Shown here piece by piece: positions 56,137 through 64,000 of a stretch of DNA of 64,000 bases (position 1 is its first letter; the number at the start of each line of letters is the position of its first letter). Source of the DNA: Octopus vulgaris. Its lineage: Eukaryota. Location: assembly GCA_951406725.2 (NCBI GenBank), contig OX597830.1, positions 25,730,001-25,794,000 of the forward strand. The letters run 5' to 3'. Below the pieces are notes generated by a model, which was not told where the DNA came from, searched no databases, and saw nothing but the letters and a program-made list of their open reading frames with translations. The position numbers and the translations under genes are program-made.

Positions 56137-56949
56137 GGGGCCGACCTGCCCGAGATGCGGTCAGAGCGACGAAACCGTTCTGCACGCACTCGTTCAGTGC
56201 CCAACAATTTCCGACCTGTGGGCTTATGTCGAACAACTGCTGTCACGTGTGGGACGAGTCGGTTTATCAGCTGAGTCTATCGTCAATATTGTCACGCCTC
56301 CTTCCTTCAAACGGGAAGGAAGAGCTATTTTCATCATCCTTGTGGCTATGGCGAAAGAATGTATCTGGTGGACGCGTCTGAAAGGATTGGAGACAAACAC
56401 TTTCCTCTCTGGTCAATCTCTCATCAACTTCTTCAAGTACCACTTGAAAAGGAAAGTGAGAGTAGAGAGGCAAGTTTTGTCTAGCGAATGTTTTAAAAAA
56501 GATGGGTGAATGTAGCAAGAATGGCACGTATGAATGACGAAGCCACCTTGAGCATAGTCCTATGAACCCAGAAATCGAAAACAGAGAGTTGCTTATTTGC
56601 AAAAAAAAAAAAAAAAAAGAAGTATAAAATGTGACTTCATTGACCGAGGTTACCGTGGTCTTTTCCGTAGGCTTTTCTTTCCACGGGTAAACCTCACCTG
56701 TCCTCCCCTTTACACTTCATATTGACATTTCTGTGATAACGATCCCTATTGATCAATTTTTTTTTTTCCTCTCCCCCTTTTTTTTAACCCCCCTTTTTTT
56801 TGTCCTCTTTCTCTCCTTTTACGATCCCTTTTGATCGAAACTCCCCCTTCCTTTTTTTTTTTTTTTTTTTTTTTAAACCTTCAAAAGAAAAGCTCTACCT
56901 TGTAATTTGTTCTATCTGTGTGCAGCCCTGTGTGGCTAATAAAGAAACA
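56137..56949 (+). mobile_element. Tx1-like LINE copy 2, 5'-truncated, near-identical to copy 1
   Basis: Matches 76-902 including subfamily-specific bases. (TATC)n on both sides. A 1-bp loss in the A run at ~56495 shifts the frame. Confidence 0.92.
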
Positions 56950-57010
<61 letters not shown>

Positions 57011-57012
<2 letters not shown>

Positions 57013-58973
57013 TCCTGGTTTTGTGAGCCTCGGAGCCGTAACACTGCTAAAGAAAGATCTAAACAAGGGAAATGTAATAGATAACTTTAAGCCCATCACT
57101 CTGCTTAATGCAGACTTGAAAATTTTGGCCAAGGTGTTAGCCAAGAGGTTGGCGCTTGTCATCGAGAAACTGGTCGACAAGGCGCAAACGTGCGTCGTGC
57201 CGGGCCGGACCATCCATGACAACCTCCACCTGATGCGCTACATCATAGACAGGGTAGTTAACGAACCTGGCATGGGTGGGGCGCTGATCAATTTGGATCA
57301 ATCAACAGCTTTCGATAGGGTAGACCATCGATATTTGGAGGCAGTCCTCAGAGCGGTTGGCTTCGGTCCCGTCTTCCGCGGCTGGATAGCCGCTTTGTAC
57401 AGAGGCATCCGTTCGGTAATTCGCGTAAATGAACATCTATCGAGACCTTTCGACATCGCACGTTCGGTCCGTCAGGGATGCCCCCTCTCGTCGCTTCTAT
57501 ACGTATTGACTCTCGAGTCACTACTGCGGAAGCTGGCGACTCTGAGGGGCATCCCGCGAGAACTGGGATGCGGGACGAGCGTGTCTGCATACGCGGACGA
57601 CGTCACCGTCATAGTGTCTAGCCACGAGCACATCGAGCAGGTCGGCGAGACACTGAAAAACTACGAAGCGGTGACAGGAGCAAAAATCAACCGGGAAAAG
57701 TCAGTGGGTTTGCGACTAGGCACCTGGAGAAGCAAGCCCATGCCGTCCACCAGGGCCTCCGTTGTGGGACGCTGGACCGACGGTCCGGTCGAGTTGCTCG
57801 GGGTCTGGTTCGGTCCGGACCTCCAAATGGAGAAGAACTGGAACGAGATAACGAGTAGGGTGGTCACTCTCGCCCGGCAATGGGCCGAGAGGAAACTGTC
57901 CCTAAAAGGTCGGGCGGAGGAGGCGAACACGTACATCGCGTCCGTCATCTACTACCGCCTGACCGTCGTGCCTTGTCCCGACCCTACCATCACCAAACTA
58001 GAACGCATTCTCTTTCGCTTCTTGTGGAAAGGATGCGTCCCGATGGTCAGGCGATCCATTTGCTGTCAACACCCGTTAAAAGGAGGACTGGGCATGCCGT
58101 GGTTGACGATGCGCAGACACGCGCTGAGACTGCGACATCTCAGGCTCTTCGTAGACGACGGTGAACAGGTGTGGTCGCCGTTTGTGAGGCACGCTTTCCC
58201 GCAGCTCGTCTCCATGACCGAACTGAAATCGTGGATCAAAAAGAGGCCGAGGAAGGGCGAATGGCACCGAGAGTGTCGCGTTGCTCTCAAGCAACTCTGC
58301 CGTCCTGGGTCAACCTTGAGTGACTCCATCACAACCAAAGCATTCTATAGGGGATTAGTGGAGGAGGTACGACGAAGAGCTCGGGGCGAACCTGGACATC
58401 GACGAGGAATACCTGACCCGCCTGTTCGGGACGACTTTCGGGCCAGGGCCCATGGACAACTTCCAGAGATCCCTAGCCTGGCAGTGCTACCGAGAAGCGC
58501 TACCCGTTCGGGATAAGCTCTACAGACACGGCTCGAGAAACACGGGGCCGACCTGCCCGGGATGCGGTCAGAGCGACGAAACCGTTCTGCACGCACTCGT
58601 GCAGTGTCCAACAATTGCCGACCCGTGGGCTTATGTCGAACAACTGCTGTCACGTGTGGGACGAGTCGGTTTATCAGCTGAGTCTATCGTCAATATTGTC
58701 ACGCCTCCTTCCTTCAAACGGGAAAGAAGAGCTATTTTCATCATCCTTGTGGCTACGGCGAAAGAAAGTATCTGGTGGATGCGTCTGAAAGGATTGGAGA
58801 CAAACACTTTCCTCTCTGGTCAACCTCTCATCAACTTCTTCAAGTACCACTTGAAAAGGAAAGTGAGAGTAGAGAGGCGAGTTTTGTCTAGCGAACGTTT
58901 TAAAAAAAGATGGCTGAATGTAGCAAGGATGGCACGTATGAATGACGAAGTCACCTTGAGCATGATCCTATGA
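57011..58973 (+). pseudogene. ORF2 remnant: reverse transcriptase plus C-terminal CCHC finger, +1 frameshift near 58363
   Basis: Motifs NFKPITLLNADLKILAK, LDQSTAFDRVDH, VRQGCPLS, AYADD, GAKINREKS, LGVWF and GGLG, then CPGCGQSDETVLHALVQCP. The endonuclease and a true start are absent: the ORF-track start at 56918 runs through UTR and microsatellite. Confidence 0.92.
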
Positions 58974-59425
58974 ATCCAGAAATTGAAAACAGAGGGTTAC
59001 CCACTTGCAAACAAATGTGGTAACATGCAACAATATTGACCAAGTTTACCGTGGTCTTTTTCGTAGGCTTTTCTTCCCACGGATAAACCTTACTTGCTTT
59101 CCCCTTTACACCATACATCATGAAACTGTGATACACGATCCCTATTGATCGTTTTCTTTTTCCTCTTCCCCTTTTTTTCCTCTTTTTTCTTCTTTTTTAA
59201 TTTTTCTTTTCCTTTGTTCCTTTTCCCTCTTTTCTTTTTTTCTTTTCCTTTTTTTTGCTTTTTTTCCCTTTTACGATCCCTTTTGATCGAAAACCTACGC
59301 CACCCTTTTTTTTATTCTTTTGTTTTTTGTTTTTTTTTGTTGTTTTTTTTTCATCCCCCAAAAGAAAAGCTCTACCTTGTAACTTGTCCCATCTGTGTGC
59401 AGCCCTGTGTGGCCAATAAAAAAAC

Positions 59426-59426
<1 letters not shown>
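57011..59426 (+). mobile_element. Tx1-like LINE copy 3, 5'-truncated, different subfamily
   Basis: Begins directly after (TATC)n and contains RT, zinc finger and 3' UTR. AATAAA at 59415-59420, (TATC)n from 59427. Confidence 0.93.
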
Positions 59427-59505
<79 letters not shown>

Positions 59506-59575
59506 ATATTGAACTAGCTAGCTAGTTAGTTATCTGTGTCTTTTATCTAACTAGTTATCTGTATGTTGTCTGTTA

Positions 59576-59606
<31 letters not shown>

Positions 59607-60067
59607 CTGTCTGTCTGTCTCTGTCTGGCTTCTGTTGGTCTTCTCCTCTCTCCTACCGCTGCATCACCACAAAGAAGTATTTTAAAACGACAAAACACTT
59701 AATTCTTATTTCGACACCTTGGCGAGATTATTCCGGAGAAACAGTACTGTGAAGAATATTGCTGCTGTGAAGAATATTGTAAAAATTTACCATTTTCTTT
59801 GAATGTTTCCAGCCTCCCAGAAGCAATATACGTTAATTGTTGTGTCTAGATTAACGACTTTAGGAAACAAACTTCAGTTTTTTTTTGTACTTTTAGCGAT
59901 TTTTGTGACGCATTCAAACATATGGACATATCTATAGACATATATATATACACACACACGCACACATAGATACACATACACACACATTCTCTCTTTCTCT
60001 CTCTTAGTCTCCCATACACTCACGCGCGCATACAAAGACTCACTAATGCACTCGCTCACGCACACAC

Positions 60068-60102
<35 letters not shown>

Positions 60103-60432
60103 GATACAAACATACACACAAATATACACTATACACATGTTCACACTGTCAAGAAAACACGTATACTCGCACATTCATCCTCTCATACACATGCAAGCAC
60201 ACTCTCATGCACACACAGACATACATACATACATACATACACACACGCAGCATAAACACATTCTCACACAAAGACATACACACACATACAAATTCGCTCA
60301 CACACATATCGCATCGGTATACAATCACACACTCATACACAAACACACACACGCACACACACAGACACTCACGCACACATACACACATACACCACATATA
60401 CATTTTCACGTAAAAACACAGATACACATATA

Positions 60433-60599
60433 TAGGTTCAAGAGTGGCTGCGTGGTAAGTAGCTTGCTTTCCAACCATATGGTTCCGGGTTCATTCCCAC
60501 TGCGTGGCACCTTGGGCAAGTCTCATCTTCTATAGACACGGGCCGACCAAAACCTTCTGAGTGAATTTGGTTGACGGAAAAGGAATGAAGCCCGTCGTA

Positions 60600-60682
<83 letters not shown>

Positions 60683-60906
60683 ATATGTTTGCGTCACTGT
60701 GTCTGTCCCCTCCCCAACATCGCTTGACAACCGATGGTGGTGTGTCTGCGTCCCCCGTAACTTAGCGGTTCTGCAAAAGAGACGGATAGAATAAGTACTA
60801 GGCTTCCAAAGAATAAGTCCTGGGGTCGATTTGCTGGACTTAAGGCGGTGCTCCAGCACGGCCGCGGTCAAATGACTTAAACAATTAAAAGAGAAAGAGA
60901 AAGAGA
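60433..60906 (+). mobile_element. SINE family B, full-length
   Basis: Head, core, (TA)(TG)n insert and tail are all present. Confidence 0.85.
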
Positions 60907-61021
60907 ATACACACTCACACTCTCGCTCACATACATACTCACACACACGTACATACAAATCGTCAAGCATACCATAGGAAAGACACTCACAAACACACAC
61001 ACACACTCACACACTCACACA

Positions 61022-61074
<53 letters not shown>

Positions 61075-61102
61075 ACTTTTCTCTTTCCCTCTCCGTCTTT
61101 CC

Positions 61103-61192
<90 letters not shown>

Positions 61193-61195
61193 GTC

Positions 61196-62519
61196 TGGCG
61201 GGGGCGCAACGAGGCAACAAAGCCACCATTAGGTCTCTGACAGATGAAAAGGGGCGCGAATTACTCGAGCCCGAAAGGATGTGTGATGCATTTCAACAAC
61301 ACTTTGCCCGACTGTTCGGGACAACCGGTGGATCAGAACATAGGATTGACTTTAGTGCCTACCTGCATGGCCTGCCACGACTCTCGGCAAGAGAAGCGGA
61401 GTGTTGTGAAAGACGCATCACAGCCGTGGACGTACGGGATGCGATGGCAGGCTGCGCGGGGGACAAGTCGCCAAGATTGGAGGGTCAGCCCTACGAGCTC
61501 TATTTTATATGCCAGGCTTGTTTGGAGGCGTCTTGGCAGCGGTCTTCTGCAACTGGCTGCAAAACGAGAGTATTTCCGTTTTTGTGAAGCGAGGAGCGGC
61601 GGCACTGCTAAAGAAAGATCCAAACAAGGGGAAAGTCATATATAACTTCAGGCCTATGTCTCTGTTCAACGCAGATTTGAAGATTTTGGCCAAGGTGCTA
61701 GCTGAGAGCTTGGCGCTTGTCATTGAGAAACTAGTCGACAAGGCGCAAACATGCGCCGTGCCGGGCAGGGGTGCCCATGACAACCTCGATATGATGCTCT
61801 ACATCATAGACAGAGTAGTTAAGGAACCTGGCATGGCTGGCTGGAGCGCTGATCAATTTGGATCAATCGAAAGCTTTTGACAGGGTTGGCCATCGCTACT
61901 TGGAAGCCGTCCTTATAGCAGATGGTTTCTGTCCTGTCTTCCGCGGTTGGATCGCTGCATTATACAGTGGCATCCGCTCGGTAGTTCGCGCAAGTGATCA
62001 TCTGACCAGATCATTTGACATCAGTCCGTCAAGGATGTCCCCTTTCGTCGCTTTCCCGCAACTCGTCTCTTGGCCAAACCGCAGTCATGAATCAAACAGA
62101 AGACCGAGGCTAGGCGAAAGGCACCGCGAGTGCTGCCTTGCTCTCAAGCAACTCTGCCGTTCGAGATCAAACTTGTGCGATTTCAATTCTACGAAGGCGT
62201 TCTAGAGGGGATTAGTGGAGGGGGAGGTGCGACGACGTTCTCAGGGAGAATCTTGGCGGCGACGAGGAACACCTGACCCCGTCTGTTCAGGACACCTTTC
62301 GGGACGGGTCCTATGGACAATCATCAGAGATCCCTGGTCTGGCAGTGCTGTTGGGAAGCATTGCCCGCTCGGGATAAACTCTACAGACACGGTTCGAGAT
62401 ACTCGAGATACGTTCAGAGCGACGAAACCGTTCTGCACGAACTCGTGCAGCGTTCAACCATTCGGACCTATGAGCTTATGCCGAACAGCTGCTGTCACGT
62501 GTGGGACGAACTCGGTTGT
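61196..62519 (+). mobile_element. Tx1-like LINE copy 4, older, frameshifted, internally deleted and 3'-truncated
   Basis: Starts after (TATC)n. Includes the pre-RT linker (MCDAFQQHFARLF..KSPRLEGQPYELY), NFRPMSLFNADLKILAK and DQSKAFDRV. Jumps at ~62045 from QGCPLS to AFPQLV and ends after the zinc-finger region. Confidence 0.88.
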
Positions 62520-62758
62520 TAGGCATATATATAATACACACATAAACTGATATAAACTTTGATAATCTTAGGTCTGATGAAGTCAGAATCCAAGAATACA
62601 CACACACATACATACATACATACATACATACGTGTGTATGTGCGCGCGTCTGTGTGTAAGCGTAAACAAGAAAGATTGGACTGAGCAAACACGCTTTATT
62701 GCCTAATACAGCAATTCAAATTGAATTGATATCATTGTGTATATGGCTTACATATGTG

Positions 62759-62873
<115 letters not shown>

Positions 62874-63544
62874 ATTCGGATATAAACCGAGATGATGATA
62901 TTAGATCCCCGGTTGTATGCATTTATATATATATATATATATATATACCTCCCTCCCCACACACATATATATATATAATGCTGAGAGAGAGAGAGAGAGA
63001 AGGGTAGACGTAGGGGGAATCAATGGACAGATTACATAAATACAACAACGTTATCCGAATCCTATTAATTAACTGATTGATACGAAAGCAATTTGTTTGA
63101 AGTGAGACACAATATTAATTTAGTTACATCGCATTATCTAAATTGTGCTTAACCAAGGAATCATTATATCCATCACGTGACGTATTGTTGCATAAATGAA
63201 TTGGTAGAGCATCAAATAATATGCCATGGCATATCTATTTACTTCTCTTTAGGTCCTGATTTCAAATCCCACCAGGGATTGGTTAGCTATATCATTTATT
63301 CTCCCGGAGTCATTAACATGATGTTCAATCAAACATTAGGATCGATATAATCGATTGGCTCCCTGTCAATAAATATCTTACTGCGTGATTACGTTAGAAA
63401 TAATTATGTTTACTATGGTAAGGCCGGTGGTTAGCTAAGTAATCGGTGCATCGAACAACATGTCGTGAGATACATAGTTGCCTCCCTTTACAGTCTTTAA
63501 TCAGATCCTGCCAGAGTTTCTTTTTCCTCTTAATCTCCCCTCAC

Positions 63545-63770
63545 TTTTTCTTACTTGTTTCAGTCACTTGACTGCGGCCATGCTGGAGCACCGCCTCGAA
63601 AAGAACTTAGTTGAAAGAATTGACCCCCAGCACTGATGTTTGTTACTTATTCTATCGGTCATTTTCGCCGAACTGCTAAGTTAATGGTCGTGAACACACC
63701 AACATCGGGTATCAAGTGGTAGTGGTGGGTGGGTGAAAATACATACACAGAGACACACAGACATAGAAAT
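63545..63770 (-). mobile_element. SINE family B, 3' half
   Basis: TTACTTGTTTCAGTCACTTGACTGCGGCCATGCTGGAGCACCGCC tail. Confidence 0.75.
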
Positions 63771-63888
63771 ATATATATATGTATGTTTGTATATATAAAT
63801 GTATATACAGTATATATATATATATATATATGAGTGTGTATGTGAGTGTGTGTGTCTCTGTGTGTGTGCGTATGTGTGTGTGTGTGAA

Positions 63889-64000
63889 GGCGCGTGGCTT
63901 AGCGGTTGGGATATTCGGCTCACGATGGTATGATCGTGAGTTCAATTCCCGGCGACGCGTTGTATCCTTGAGCAAAACACTTTACTTCACGTTGCTTCGG
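63889..64000 (+). mobile_element. SINE family D head (runs off the window)
   Basis: A box TGGCTTAGCGG, B box GAGTTCAATTCCC, and core-like GTATCCTTGAGCAAAACACTTT. Confidence 0.75.

Noticed and set aside
56918-57010. N-terminus of the 532-aa ORF (MCSPVW...YLSI repeats)
   Set aside because: It is a chance in-frame read-through of the copy 2 UTR and (TATC)n, not a genuine ORF2 start.

Overview
This is AT-rich eukaryotic DNA saturated with microsatellites. No host protein-coding exon, rRNA, intact tRNA gene or CRISPR array could be supported. The repeat landscape resembles an octopus or other cephalopod genome (inference only). The only long real ORFs belong to an L1/Tx1-like non-LTR retrotransposon present as four partial copies (1-902, 56137-56949, 57011-59426, 61196-62519). 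All four are on the + strand, and every visible native junction lies in (TATC)n, which suggests a (TATC/GATA)n-specific element. The window also holds a Dong/R4-like RLE fragment and a ~560-bp non-coding element, both embedded in (TAA)n with a fixed orientation. At least six different minimal hammerhead-ribozyme (HHR) motifs occur, of the type carried by Penelope-like element termini. They include C3-G8, U3-A8 and G3-C8 core variants, a perfect 162-bp palindrome, and a tRNA-headed SINE-like element ending in an HHR. Other content: three or more tRNA-derived SINE families (one forming head-to-tail multimers), two internally deleted mariners, a decayed Chapaev3-like transposon, a non-autonomous Helitron, hAT and mariner MITEs, and CR1 and RTE LINE remnants. 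Almost all other ORFs in the track are microsatellite artefacts. Family names come from motif recognition, not database searches, and boundaries are read by eye.
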